A stretch of DNA of 64,000 nucleotides from Candidatus Bathyarchaeia archaeon (GCA_050108095.1 JBNIDO010000004.1:6469-70468); one strand, 5' to 3'. Shown: positions 1 through 9,983, counted from the stretch's first letter. Notes: generated from the sequence alone by a model not told the origin. Translations and numbers: made by a program.

Positions 1-13
1 TATAGTGAGTGAT

Positions 14-184
14 ATGACCACAAACCATTATGTCTTGACTCACCGTCACATAATCCGTATCCAGAAGAAAGGAAACCTAAACTGCCTAATCTGCCACAAA
101 CCCATCCTTGAAGGGCAACGTGTAGCAACCCATAAATGCACAGCTCTCCGCCATGAGGAATGCTACCAGCGATCGTTCTACTAA
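14..184 (+). CDS. Small Zn-finger protein (56 aa, CxxC...HxxC), below the ORF-track cutoff
   Basis: Manual translation MTTNHYVLTHRHIIRIQKKGNLNCLICHKPILEGQRVATHKCTALRHEECYQRSFY*; GTGAGTGA just upstream of ATG. Confidence 0.55.
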   Translation: MTTNHYVLTHRHIIRIQKKGNLNCLICHKPILEGQRVATHKCTALRHEECYQRSFY

Positions 185-277
185 AAGCCTTGACTCTACA
201 GGGTTGGGCTAAATCCTTTCTTTGACGGGTTTGGTCGGTCAAGAAACTAGTAATCAATTAGGGGGGTGTGATTAAAC

Positions 278-400
278 ATGAAAAATGACCTTAGGAATCA
301 TTCTACTAAAAAACTGAAAAGTCCCTCTCAGTGGTTAGTTAGGGGCTCTTTTGCGAAGGCACCTCTAAGCAAGCATGCCTTAGAACTAATCGATGCTTAA
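278..400 (+). CDS. Possible 40-aa basic peptide
   Basis: ATG278-TAA400 open, preceded by SD-like GGGGGTGTGA; no recognisable motif. Confidence 0.25.
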   Translation: MKNDLRNHSTKKLKSPSQWLVRGSFAKAPLSKHALELIDA

Positions 401-509
401 TGAAAAGTAAAGCAGCTGTAGCTTGCAGCTACGTCTTTGAGTGTTGTCAACATCAAAAGAGTTGTCGAAGTGCAAACGAGCCTAATATGGCATCGCCTGC
501 ATTGAGCAG

Positions 510-640
510 AACTTGAGGATTTGTCCTCAACCAGCCTGCAACCCATCTCCGTTGCAGAAACCAAAACACAACCGCCCTCCAAGCCCCTAAGAAGAAGATG
601 AGCAAGGGCGCCATTCTCTTCTTCTTAAACTAGAAAAACA
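510..640 (-). repeat. Dispersed three-hairpin intergenic element, copy 1 (AGAAGAAGA-type hairpin 1)
   Basis: Minus strand: TTTTTCTAG..AGAAGAAGA..TCTTCTTCT..GGGCGGTTG..TCTGCAAC/GTTGCAGG..CTGG.TTGAGG/CCTCAA.G; aligns by eye to copies at 47007, 53648, 58335. Confidence 0.8.
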
Positions 641-664
641 AAAAAGCCCCAGTCCTATGTGCTG

Positions 665-874
665 TTAGATTTGGATTTTGTTTGGGCTCGGTTCAGGCTG
701 TCCCATCAGTATCCTAAGCGATTGAATTTCTTCCCGCAGTGCGCCAACTTCGTTTTCGAGTTGAGTGGCTTTTGAGTCGGCTGCTTTTCTGAGTTCTTCC
801 ATTTCAGTTAAAAGGTTCTTTTTCTCGACTTCTAAATTCTTGATTTTTTCCATAGTGTCCTTTAGGCTGCTCAT
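665..874 (-). CDS. Small coiled-coil hypothetical protein
   Basis: 69-aa ORF with heptad-like E/K/L pattern. Confidence 0.6.
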   Translation of the reverse strand: MSSLKDTMEKIKNLEVEKKNLLTEMEELRKAADSKATQLENEVGALREEIQSLRILMGQPEPSPNKIQI

Positions 875-1063
875 TTGGGGTCCCCTGGCTGATTGTAGAT
901 TGGTGCTTTTGCACTTAAGACTTTTGCATCGGAAGTGAAATTAGGAAAAACTATGGGTTTTCTTCGAAAACTGAATACGTGTCCAGTTTGGATAGATGCA
1001 GTTTTATATAGGAATCTGCCAATTACACATAACTATTCCCCCGAATTGTTGGAATGTGACTGA

Positions 1064-2410
1064 ATGCGGAAGACCATATTTAAAAAGCTTGAAGCTCAGG
1101 GGCTAATCGCTAACTACAACCGCCTACGCAAAAACCTGCCGCCGAAGCTCCCAGACCGCGTCTTCATCTGGGATGAAACCTTCCGGGAGGGCCTCAAAGC
1201 ACCCACAGTTTACTTAACTTACGTAGAGCAGGTCCGCCTTGCCAAACTGATGGATGAAGCAGGCGTCTCAGTCATCAACGTTGGTTTTCCAGCAATATCT
1301 GAAGACGAAAAACGCACAGTCAAACGTATCGTCAACGAAAGCTTCAGCAACGCCAAGTTAACCGCTTCAGCTGAACCCACAAAAAACAGTGTCAACGCCT
1401 GCTTAGAATGCGGCATAAAAGAAATCACCGTTGAATCCCCAATTAATGGGTTAAACCTTCAGTACAAACTCAAATTAACCAAAGAACAAGGCCTCCAACG
1501 CATAGTCGAAGGCATCGACCACGCCAAAAAACACGGCGCCAACGTAAACTTCACCCTCATGGACGCCACCCGAACCCCTCTAGAGGATATCCTTCAAGTT
1601 TTTGAAGCAGCCGTGGGTGCAGGTGCAACTCGTTTAGCCCTCGCCGACAGCGTCGGCTTCATACGCCCCCTATCGATGCGTTACTTGATTTCACACGTAC
1701 GCGACGGGTTGCCTGATGCAATAAAAAAGAAGATACCGCTTGCAATCCACTGCCACAACGACTTCGGCTTAGCCTCCGCCAACACCCTTGCTGCCATGGA
1801 AGAAGGCGTAAGCTTCCTCCACACCTGCATCGCAGGCTTCGGCGAACGCGCAGGCATCGCACCGTTCGAGGAAGTTGTGACTACAACCGAATTACTATAC
1901 AACATCGACACAGGCATCGACCTAGGCAAAATCTACCGCATCGCCCAATCAGCGGAGAAAGCCTTCGCCATGCCCATCCAATTCCATAAACCCATCATCG
2001 GCGAAAACATCTTCACCCACGAAGTCGAAGAAGAAGTCGAAGAAATGATGTCTCAACCGCTAGTGTTTGAACCGTTCCCACCGGAAATTGTCGGGCGAGA
2101 AACCATGATTTTTATCGGCAGAAACACTGGGCAAACGCTTATCCAGAAACTGCTGGAGAACGCTGGCATACGTGCTTCACCTCGCCAAATGGACGAGTTG
2201 TTCCGCCGCATCAAAGGCCCACAGGAGAGCCTTGACAAGGGCGAAGCGCAAATGACCTACTACCAGGTTAAGAAGCTAATGAAGGACCTGCTTAAGGGCT
2301 ACACGATGGATGAGTTTTGGCACCTTGTCGAGCAAGTGACTCGCCAGCGCCCGAGACTGACTAAAATCAGCAAGAAAGGTTCCCAGCAAACCGCGGACCA
2401 ACTACTCTAA
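1064..2410 (+). CDS. LeuA/homocitrate/citramalate synthase (DRE-TIM) family protein with divergent active-site motifs
   Basis: DETFREG (cf. DTTLRDG), LADSVG, HCHNDFG, GFGERAG, KPIIGENIFTHE. Confidence 0.85.
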   Translation: MRKTIFKKLEAQGLIANYNRLRKNLPPKLPDRVFIWDETFREGLKAPTVYLTYVEQVRLAKLMDEAGVSVINVGFPAISEDEKRTVKRIVNESFSNAKLTASAEPTKNSVNACLECGIKEITVESPINGLNLQYKLKLTKEQGLQRIVEGIDHAKKHGANVNFTLMDATRTPLEDILQVFEAAVGAGATRLALADSVGFIRPLSMRYLISHVRDGLPDAIKKKIPLAIHCHNDFGLASANTLAAMEEGVSFLHTCIAGFGERAGIAPFEEVVTTTELLYNIDTGIDLGKIYRIAQSAEKAFAMPIQFHKPIIGENIFTHEVEEEVEEMMSQPLVFEPFPPEIVGRETMIFIGRNTGQTLIQKLLENAGIRASPRQMDELFRRIKGPQESLDKGEAQMTYYQVKKLMKDLLKGYTMDEFWHLVEQVTRQRPRLTKISKKGSQQTADQLL

Positions 2411-3403
2411 ATCCGCTTTTATCTCTCCTATTTCTTCGTTGGTTGGCGCATAGGGGAAGTTGTAGATGGGTCCACTGGGTTTTTCGTTGTAGTAAGGTCG
2501 GTTGCAACTGGGGCATCCCGAGGTCCTAAACGGCAAACCACTGTCAACTACGTTTTCTATTTGTTCTTTTGGCAGCCCAAAATCGGTAATTCTCCCCTCA
2601 GTGAAATGAAACTTTTCAGCCCTCGACTTGCCACTGACAATCAGGTACCTCGCAAGTTGCAGGCACCTATACGATTGCACCTTAGGCGGCAAACAGCCCT
2701 CCAGTGCGGTACCCCTAACAGGCGTAAACGCAAACAACGCAGGCAAAACCCCCAAATCCACCACACGCTGAACCACCTCCGCCGCTTCCCTCTCGGATTC
2801 ACCCAACCCAACAATCACGTGTGTGCTAACATTTCCCAGCCCAAAAACCGACAGAGCCTCCCCCAACAAGCGAAACTGATTATCCCAGCTATAGCAGCCC
2901 CCAGCATCGGCACCTTTCACCCTGATAAACACGGCTTCCGACGCCGCATCCAACGCAATCCCCAACCGCTCCACGCCCGCCTCTTTTAGCCGCAGGATGT
3001 TTTCTCTGGTTTTGGGTTGACAGGAAACCGAAACCGCCACAGCCGAATCCCGCTTGATTTCTTTTACCAGCGCTTCGAGGTGAACAAAGACTTCGGGGTA
3101 GTTGAGGGCTTGGATGCAGACTCGCCCAAATCTTTTCTTTTCTACAGCCTCCGCGAGAGCCTTCAGGACTGCTTCTGTTGGGTACGTGGGCCACGTGATG
3201 CGGGAGAGCATCTGACTGCTGCCTTTGCTTTCTCTTGCTTGGGGGCAGAAGCCGCAGTTTGCCGTGCACTTGCCGTCTCGGTAGGTCATGAAGTAGGCGG
3301 TTGTGGGCACTGCATCCAATTTGCCTTTTGCAAGGCCTAGAACTATGGCAGTGCCTACAGAAACGCGAATCAGATTAGGTGCGGCTATGCTGTGTTGCTC
3401 CAA
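2402..3403 (-). CDS. lipS2: Radical SAM lipoyl synthase subunit LipS2 (biotin synthase-related, COG2516 type)
   Basis: CTANCGFC radical SAM motif plus C-terminal TSGCPSCNRP matching the LipS2 TxGCPxC(N/D)RP signature. Confidence 0.8.
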   Translation of the reverse strand: MEQHSIAAPNLIRVSVGTAIVLGLAKGKLDAVPTTAYFMTYRDGKCTANCGFCPQARESKGSSQMLSRITWPTYPTEAVLKALAEAVEKKRFGRVCIQALNYPEVFVHLEALVKEIKRDSAVAVSVSCQPKTRENILRLKEAGVERLGIALDAASEAVFIRVKGADAGGCYSWDNQFRLLGEALSVFGLGNVSTHVIVGLGESEREAAEVVQRVVDLGVLPALFAFTPVRGTALEGCLPPKVQSYRCLQLARYLIVSGKSRAEKFHFTEGRITDFGLPKEQIENVVDSGLPFRTSGCPSCNRPYYNEKPSGPIYNFPYAPTNEEIGEIKADLE

Positions 3404-3545
3404 TGACTGGCATCTCTTGTTGTTGCCAATGCATCTTTAGTAGATAAAGTTTGGTTGTTTTCTATGTTCCAGTTCTGGAACGTTTTGTTCCAAGAGGAGA
3501 GTAATATTTTTCTGCAGCTATGGTATGCCTTGGTGAATTCAGCGT

Positions 3546-4802
3546 ATGCAAGGCAAAAAGCATCGAACATCAAAAGCTGCTTTGGCGGTCGCTTTAGCTT
3601 TGCTTCTTGCCTTACCGCTGCCCTCTGGTGCTTCAGAAAATCCGACTTCACAAGTGCTATCTGCTCCAGTTCAGTTGCAGGATAATCTGCTTGGCGTCGT
3701 GGGTTACTGCGTTTACCAACTCGACGATGGAAGCATAGTGCTAAACAGCATTAACCAGTCCTGCACCTTCTTGACAAAACTTGACACATCTTACAATGTG
3801 CTTTGGACGCGCACTTTTCAAGTCGATGGGGGGAATACGGCGTTGCCTCGGTTGGTGGTTACACGCGACGGCGGTTTCCTCTTAGCTGGACTCGTCAATA
3901 ACCGATACGTTTTAGTGAAAACCGATTCTGAGGGCGCCATACAGTGGATTGAGTCTTATAGTTCAGGTGCGCCTGTGAACCATTTTATGGCGGTTATCGA
4001 GGTGGAGGAGGGCGGCTATGCGTTGGCGGGTTTCGGTGTTCCAGTTGAGGATGGGTTAGGCTGGATATGGTTCGCAAAAACCGACCCCTTAGGCAACATG
4101 CTTTGGAGCGAGAACATTTCTGGGCCCATACACAATTGCCCCTCAACCATCATAGAAACCGACGAGGGCTACGTGTTGTCTGCGGTGAGTTACTCGTTTG
4201 TGCCTGACCAAGCGCTCTACGAACTTATCCGATTGGATAGAGACGGGCGAGTGCTTGGGAACACCACTTATGGCGGAACAGGCTTCTATTATCAGACCGA
4301 ATGCAACGGAGCCATAACCACTATCGACGGAGGCTACTTGATGGTGGGGTATCTTTGGCGTAAACCCGCTTGGGTCGTCAAAGTCGATGCGGGCGGTGGC
4401 ATGGAGTGGAACCAAACGTACGGTGAAAACGGCTGTTCCATTACAGGTGCCCTACAAACCGAGGGCGGGTATCTCCTCCTTGAATATCTAAAGCCTAACG
4501 CAACCGGAGTCATAATAACTGATAAACTGGGCAATACGGTTTGGAACACGACTTTCCCCAATGTTACCCTGCCGGTTGGGTTAGAAGCAAACTTTAACTC
4601 TATCATAGAAGCCAAAGAAGGCGGCTACATACTGTTAGCCTCAAAAGATAATGAGACATGGCTGGCTAAACTCGATTACCCAAAAGATCCGCCACCGATT
4701 CCATTGTTAATGGTTGCTGTAACAGCCCTGGTCACCGTTGCTGCTGTGCTTTTGGTGGTTTGGCGAACAAAAAAGTGGCGGCTCAGGCGCCTTTTTTGGT
4801 GA
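3546..4802 (+). CDS. Secreted repeat (beta-propeller-like) protein with C-terminal membrane anchor
   Basis: Signal peptide, repeated DGG(Y/F)LL(A/V)G and W.xT(Y/F) units, C-terminal TM helix plus basic tail. Confidence 0.75.
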   Translation: MQGKKHRTSKAALAVALALLLALPLPSGASENPTSQVLSAPVQLQDNLLGVVGYCVYQLDDGSIVLNSINQSCTFLTKLDTSYNVLWTRTFQVDGGNTALPRLVVTRDGGFLLAGLVNNRYVLVKTDSEGAIQWIESYSSGAPVNHFMAVIEVEEGGYALAGFGVPVEDGLGWIWFAKTDPLGNMLWSENISGPIHNCPSTIIETDEGYVLSAVSYSFVPDQALYELIRLDRDGRVLGNTTYGGTGFYYQTECNGAITTIDGGYLMVGYLWRKPAWVVKVDAGGGMEWNQTYGENGCSITGALQTEGGYLLLEYLKPNATGVIITDKLGNTVWNTTFPNVTLPVGLEANFNSIIEAKEGGYILLASKDNETWLAKLDYPKDPPPIPLLMVAVTALVTVAAVLLVVWRTKKWRLRRLFW

Positions 4803-5286
4803 AGCTCCAGATACGGCTTGCGATTGACACCAAAAAGAAGCCCAAGAACGCATACTGCACGAAGTCAAAGACTGCCTGAACTGGGAACAGCACTGTCAAT
4901 ACGATGCCGATGTAGAGGGCGCTTCCGATGTATTTGCCGACCGGGTCGTAGAGTTGCTTGCCTAGCATGCTTGTGATTATGAACTGCCCAAACGAGGCTG
5001 CCATGAGGATTACCATCCAGACGGGGTAGATGCCGTTTACGGTGAAAAGGGTGAATATGCCTGCGGTCAATGCGAAGTCGGTTGCGGCGTCGAAGTAGGT
5101 GCCGAATTTTGAGGTTGCAGCGAGTTTTCGGGCGTAGTATCCGTCGAAGAAGTCCGTTGCCGCCGAGACTGCGAGTAGGATTAGGCAGGCGGCGATGTTT
5201 TGGAGGCTGAACAATGCCAAGAAGAGGGGTAGGGTGACTACTCGCATGGAACTGATGAAATTGGGGACGAGGAGTTGGGTTTTCAT
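4783..5286 (-). CDS. CDP-alcohol phosphatidyltransferase family protein
   Basis: DFFDGYYARKLAATSKFGTYFDAATD matches DxxDGxxAR...G...D...D. Confidence 0.9.
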   Translation of the reverse strand: MKTQLLVPNFISSMRVVTLPLFLALFSLQNIAACLILLAVSAATDFFDGYYARKLAATSKFGTYFDAATDFALTAGIFTLFTVNGIYPVWMVILMAASFGQFIITSMLGKQLYDPVGKYIGSALYIGIVLTVLFPVQAVFDFVQYAFLGFFLVSIASRIWSFTKKGA

Positions 5287-5296
5287 TTTTGTGTCC

Positions 5297-5860
5297 CTAC
5301 GGCTTTAGCTTCGCAGCTTCTTCGGTTAACTCTGCTTGGTTGTGTTGGGCTCGGTACGATGTCAGCGACTGAACTACGGTTCCATTAGCGTCCTGCACGG
5401 TTTTGTTCATGTTGGCTGGTGCGTTTAGGGGGTCTAAGCCTCCACCTATGGCGATTATGACTGTGTCCATGCCATTTAAGTTTCCTATGCGGTGCAACTG
5501 GTTTGTGATGGTCGGCGCAGGGTTAAAATCATATATTGCCCAAGAGAGCACGAGCAGCGAGTACTTGGAGAGGTCGGTTGGTGCCTGTGTGCTTGCGGTG
5601 GCGACTTCGACGCGCCAGCCGCCTGCTGCCAGTGCTTGGGCGTAGGTGTAGGTTATGTTGCGGGCGAAGTCGGTTAAGCCGGGGTGGTAGTATACTATGG
5701 CTGTTTTGGCGCCGTCTGCGTTTAGTACTTCTGTTTGGGTTGTTACTTCGCGGTAGACGCTGTATTCGAGGTAACCGCCTAAGCTGACGAGAACTGCTAA
5801 TGTTACGAGTAGAGTGGTGAGCACGATTTTCTTCCACCTTTTTTGCGGCCAAAACCTCAA
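5297..5860 (-). CDS. Membrane-anchored flavodoxin-like fold protein
   Basis: N-terminal TM helix; AIVYYHPGLT (degenerate flavodoxin P-loop), YSLLVLSWAIY, VIIAIGGG. Confidence 0.6.
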   Translation of the reverse strand: MRFWPQKRWKKIVLTTLLVTLAVLVSLGGYLEYSVYREVTTQTEVLNADGAKTAIVYYHPGLTDFARNITYTYAQALAAGGWRVEVATASTQAPTDLSKYSLLVLSWAIYDFNPAPTITNQLHRIGNLNGMDTVIIAIGGGLDPLNAPANMNKTVQDANGTVVQSLTSYRAQHNQAELTEEAAKLKP

Positions 5861-6027
5861 GAACTCTCCCTCCGTCTTAGGGTTTGACTTGTGGATTGGG
5901 TTTGGTTAACGGTTTTTTGGTTCAGGTTGAAATTCACCATTTTACTTCACATTCCTTGTTTTCAACCTGAAGCTGATCTACGTATAAACGGTGACGCACT
6001 CAACCTATACACCAAAGGTGAACTCGG

Positions 6028-6160
6028 CCTTCTCTCTTTATGTGGGTGTGGCATTTTACGGCACGCCACAAGACTGTTTGAGACGGCAATTGCTTTTTGG
6101 GTTTGCAACGTGTTTCTTTGTCTGTTACGGTGTGGCAGAGGCGATTTCACCCACATGCCA
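6028..6160 (+). repeat. Divergent copy of the dispersed element (TGTGG-type hairpin 1)
   Basis: TCTCTTTATGTGGGTGTGG..CACGCCACA, GACGGCAATTGCTTTTTGGGTTTGCAAC, AGAGGCGATTTC shared with the 14860 copy. Confidence 0.5.
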
Positions 6161-6442
6161 TGCATGGCTTTATGTTGAAACCTTCACGGTGTGGATGTGG
6201 AAGAATGTTTAGTCTTCTTTTCTGCACAAGAATCTATGAACGTATTGATCTGCAATGAATAGCGCAATGCACTCAGGCACTAGCATGGCCCAAAAAACAA
6301 TTCAGCCATCTCTCACATCCAAAAAATCTTAAATCAATCAAACCTATAACCAATTTTATCAATACAATGAGTAAATAAGAAATGACTGAACTAAAAGAAC
6401 AATTAAAATTTGTTCTTACAGTAAAACCCAAGTGGTTATGCC

Positions 6443-7231
6443 TTATTCAACCAAAGAGAACCACAACATGTCAAAGTAACTTCGAGCCACTGTCATAAGT
6501 CCTCTATTGTTCGACCACAACGCAGGACTCTTTCCTAAATCCGCTTCCTCATTCACCAAAAAAAACACCTCTTTATCATCAAAAATGTCTATCAGAGCTG
6601 AAGGAGGAGTTTGAGCATATCTAATTTCAAGGATAGGTTTTTTGCGTAAACCTTCCGTGGCTTTACTCAATAGGTTTGGCTCTTTAGGTTTTTGGGTGAT
6701 CACTCGTATTTTGACACCACGATCCATGGCGTTGTCTGCCTCTTTGGCGTAAACCTGAAGTGAAAATGCGAACCTTCTCCATGAATTGATGATATCGATG
6801 GTGTTGTTTGCGCTATCGATTGATTTCTTTCTTCTTGCAATAACCGCTTCTTTTTCAGGGATCAAAACAAACTGAGCATCTTCGCTGGTTCTTTTTGGTT
6901 GAAAATTTTGCATATACTTTTCGAAAAACTTTTTTGCCTCATATTGCAACTCCATTGTCTGATTGATTTTGCGCTCGTACAGAAATGATAATGCTTCACT
7001 TAGAGGAATGGCTTCATAACTGACTGGAGAAGTTATCCTTTTCTCTACTAGCCCAAGGTTTTGGAGTACTTGAAGAATACGGTAAAGGTCTTCTCTTGGA
7101 ATGTTTGACGCTTTCGAAATCTCTTTCACTGAGGGTGCGCCACACTGCGTAAGAGACAAGTAGACTTTCGCTTGCCTAGTTGTTAGTCCTAAGCCTGTAA
7201 GCAGTTGGATTCCGTCAGGGGCGCTTGGCAT
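6443..7231 (-). CDS. TrmB-family transcriptional regulator
   Basis: LGLTTRQAKVYLSL...EISKASNIPREDLYRILQVLQNLGLV wHTH; C-terminal PLD-like sensor (IDIFDDKEV...ARSYFDMLW). Confidence 0.9.
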   Translation of the reverse strand: MPSAPDGIQLLTGLGLTTRQAKVYLSLTQCGAPSVKEISKASNIPREDLYRILQVLQNLGLVEKRITSPVSYEAIPLSEALSFLYERKINQTMELQYEAKKFFEKYMQNFQPKRTSEDAQFVLIPEKEAVIARRKKSIDSANNTIDIINSWRRFAFSLQVYAKEADNAMDRGVKIRVITQKPKEPNLLSKATEGLRKKPILEIRYAQTPPSALIDIFDDKEVFFLVNEEADLGKSPALWSNNRGLMTVARSYFDMLWFSLVE

Positions 7232-7261
7232 TTTTTTCTGTTAGCAATTTGCTTTTGGTCG

Positions 7262-7283
7262 ATTTATAAAAGTTACGTGTAAC
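7262..7283 (-). promoter_or_regulatory. TATA box and adjacent GTTAC-N2-GTAAC palindrome upstream of the TrmB gene
   Basis: TTTATAAA about 31-39 nt upstream of ATG 7231, next to GTTACGTGTAAC at 7272-7283. Confidence 0.4.
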
Positions 7284-7404
7284 AGGCATTGGGTTGGACT
7301 ACTACCTGCCACGGCTTATATTTTCAGGCGAATTAGGGGTAGGTATTCGGATAGAAAATGATCATAGAAATCATTTCTTCTGAAAAATAAAAGGAAGAAA
7401 AAAC

Positions 7405-9936
7405 ATGAAAAAACACAAATTTAAGTTTGCAAAAGAAACCAGAAACTACGCAAAATTAACGACAATTTCTTTGATTCTGCTACTAACCGCTACTATGATA
7501 ATCGCAATCGTGCCAACTGTTCGCGCTGACGACATAGAAACCTTTGCTCTTATTAGCGTCTCACCTAACCCTATAGGTGTTGAGCAGAGAGCGTTTGTTA
7601 ATTTTTGGCTCAGCAACCCTCCATTATACGCAGCTGTTACAAACGACATACGCTGGCAAGGCTTTACGCTTACAATCACCAAGCCCGATGGAACCAACCA
7701 AACGATGGGACCATATGAATCCGATTCAGCTGGAATGGCTTATGTCACGTACACCCCTGACAAAGTAGGTACATACTACTTCCAGTTCTCTTTTGCTGGG
7801 CAAAATCATACAGGGAATTATTACAAACCAAGCACAAGCCAAAGAGTTGAGCTTACAGTACAGGAAGAACCAATCGCTATGTGGCAAGGGTCCGCTCTTC
7901 CAATAGACTACTGGCAACGTCCAATAGAAGCGGAAAACCGAGAGTGGTCATCAATTTCAGGAAACTGGCTAATGAGCACTTACAATACAACTGGTCCCTA
8001 TAATCCATACACTAATGCACCGAACACCGCACACATCGTTTGGACAAAACAAGGAGAAATCGGTGGCATCGCTGGAGGAGAGTATGGCAGCACAAGTTAT
8101 AGCACAGAATACTACTTCAACAGTTTCTACCCACCAATAATCCTGAATGGACGGCTATACTACAACGAAATGACAAGCCCACGCTATGGATTCTATTGCG
8201 TCGATTTACGTACCGGAGAACAACTATGGTGGCATAATTCTACTGCTCCAGCAGCACAACAAAAGATCGCAAATTGGATTGGCTGCGAATATTATCCAGG
8301 AATAGACATGGGACAGATATTGAATTTCGAGACACCGAATCAAGCTGGAACATATGCATACCTATGGAGCCTCGGATCTCAGTATTCGATGTACGACGCG
8401 TTTACAGGAAATTGGATTTGCGACTTTGACAACGTCTCAGCCGGTACCCCCACGTTAGACTCAAATGGCAATCTTATAACCTACATCCTTGACGGAAAAA
8501 ACAATTGGTTGGCAATGTGGAACTCAACTAAATGTATTTTGAAACAACAATCATTGACTTCATGGATATTCCAAAATGCTCCAGGAGATTTAACAATGCC
8601 TGAGGATGTTTGGATCTGGTCACCTCCTGTAGGTGAAACACTTGACTGGCGAAAAGGAATAGAATGGAATGTAACGGTGCCAAACGTAGAGTACGCTCCT
8701 TCAGGTTTAGTACAATCGATAAGCAAAATTGGTTCTGATGTAATACTCGCTACTGTACAAAGTCAAAGAGCACGCTTAGCTGAAACGATGGGTTGGCAAC
8801 TGGAAATAGGCTATGACGCAAATACAGGAGATGTGCTATGGGGGCCAATCAATCGAACATGCGTTGAAGGATCAAATATGCTGGATTTCCAAGGGCCTAT
8901 GGGTGAGGGAGTCTTCACCGAGTACCATAGAGATACAAAGGAATGGTATGGCTATGACGTATACACAGGGAAACAGTTATGGGGTCCAACCGAACCCACC
9001 GAAAGTGACTGGGGTACATTCACCGCCGGTTATGTTATCGCTGACGGCAAGTTTTACACTGCAGGCTACGACGGAATGGTATATGCATATGATATCAAGA
9101 CGGGCGACCTGTCATGGGAGTGGTATGTAGGAAGTAGCGGGTTTGAAACAGGACTCGGTACATGGGCACTCCAAGGTGGTATTACGGATGCCGATGGAAA
9201 AATCTACGTACGTACAGGTCAACACAGTCCCACTCAGCCTTTGGAAAGAGGCGACAGACTATTTTGCCTCAACACCACTACAGGAGAAGAATTATGGAAC
9301 ATCTCGGGATGTATGCAGCAACCAGCGCCAATCGCAGATGGATACCTTGTTACATGGAACTACTATGATGGGCAAATATACTGCTTTGGAAAAGGACAAA
9401 CAGCCACTACAGTCTCAGCATCACCTGATGTTTCAGTGCATGGAAATAGCATACTGATTAAAGGCACTGTTCTCGATCAGTCTCCTGGTGAAACCTGTCT
9501 AGGCATACCTGCAAAAGGAACCCCTGCAATCTCTGACGACAGCATGAGTGAATGGATGGAATACTTATACATGCAGAAACCGCAACCAACAAATGCAACC
9601 GGGGTACAAGTTACGTTAAGCGTTGTGGATTCAAACGGGAACTACAGAGAGATCGGTAGAACAACAAGTGATGCTAACGGTTTTTATAGTTACAATTGGA
9701 CACCTGATATCGAAGGTAAATACACGCTTTATGCTTCCTTTGCTGGCTCTGAATCTTACTGGCCCTCGCATGCTGTAACCGCTTTCAACGTCTCTCCGGC
9801 ACCTGCTACTGTTCAACCTACTGCTACACCGCAATCAGTTGCTGATACCTACTTCATACCCGCAACCATTGGCATTATACTGGCAATAATCATAGTCGGT
9901 TTAACCACTTTACTAGTGCTCAGAAAAAGACCATAA
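7405..9936 (+). CDS. PQQ-like beta-propeller cell-surface protein (paralog 1), C-terminal TM anchor
   Basis: Signal peptide; SPNPIGV, YWQRPI, CVDLRTGEQLW, VYAYDIKTGDLSW repeats; C-terminal TM plus RKRP. Confidence 0.85.
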   Translation: MKKHKFKFAKETRNYAKLTTISLILLLTATMIIAIVPTVRADDIETFALISVSPNPIGVEQRAFVNFWLSNPPLYAAVTNDIRWQGFTLTITKPDGTNQTMGPYESDSAGMAYVTYTPDKVGTYYFQFSFAGQNHTGNYYKPSTSQRVELTVQEEPIAMWQGSALPIDYWQRPIEAENREWSSISGNWLMSTYNTTGPYNPYTNAPNTAHIVWTKQGEIGGIAGGEYGSTSYSTEYYFNSFYPPIILNGRLYYNEMTSPRYGFYCVDLRTGEQLWWHNSTAPAAQQKIANWIGCEYYPGIDMGQILNFETPNQAGTYAYLWSLGSQYSMYDAFTGNWICDFDNVSAGTPTLDSNGNLITYILDGKNNWLAMWNSTKCILKQQSLTSWIFQNAPGDLTMPEDVWIWSPPVGETLDWRKGIEWNVTVPNVEYAPSGLVQSISKIGSDVILATVQSQRARLAETMGWQLEIGYDANTGDVLWGPINRTCVEGSNMLDFQGPMGEGVFTEYHRDTKEWYGYDVYTGKQLWGPTEPTESDWGTFTAGYVIADGKFYTAGYDGMVYAYDIKTGDLSWEWYVGSSGFETGLGTWALQGGITDADGKIYVRTGQHSPTQPLERGDRLFCLNTTTGEELWNISGCMQQPAPIADGYLVTWNYYDGQIYCFGKGQTATTVSASPDVSVHGNSILIKGTVLDQSPGETCLGIPAKGTPAISDDSMSEWMEYLYMQKPQPTNATGVQVTLSVVDSNGNYREIGRTTSDANGFYSYNWTPDIEGKYTLYASFAGSESYWPSHAVTAFNVSPAPATVQPTATPQSVADTYFIPATIGIILAIIIVGLTTLLVLRKRP

Positions 9937-9983
9937 AAGGAATCCATTTTTTCCTTTTTTTATAAAAGAAAAAGCTGCGAAGC

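Noticed and set aside
397-582. ORFs reading through the repeat element (397-582, 53638-53844, 46920-47135, N-terminal extension of 34747)
   Set aside because: The apparently shared frame is interrupted by stops at different positions in the copies at 510, 14860, 47007 and 58335, so the conservation is not coding.
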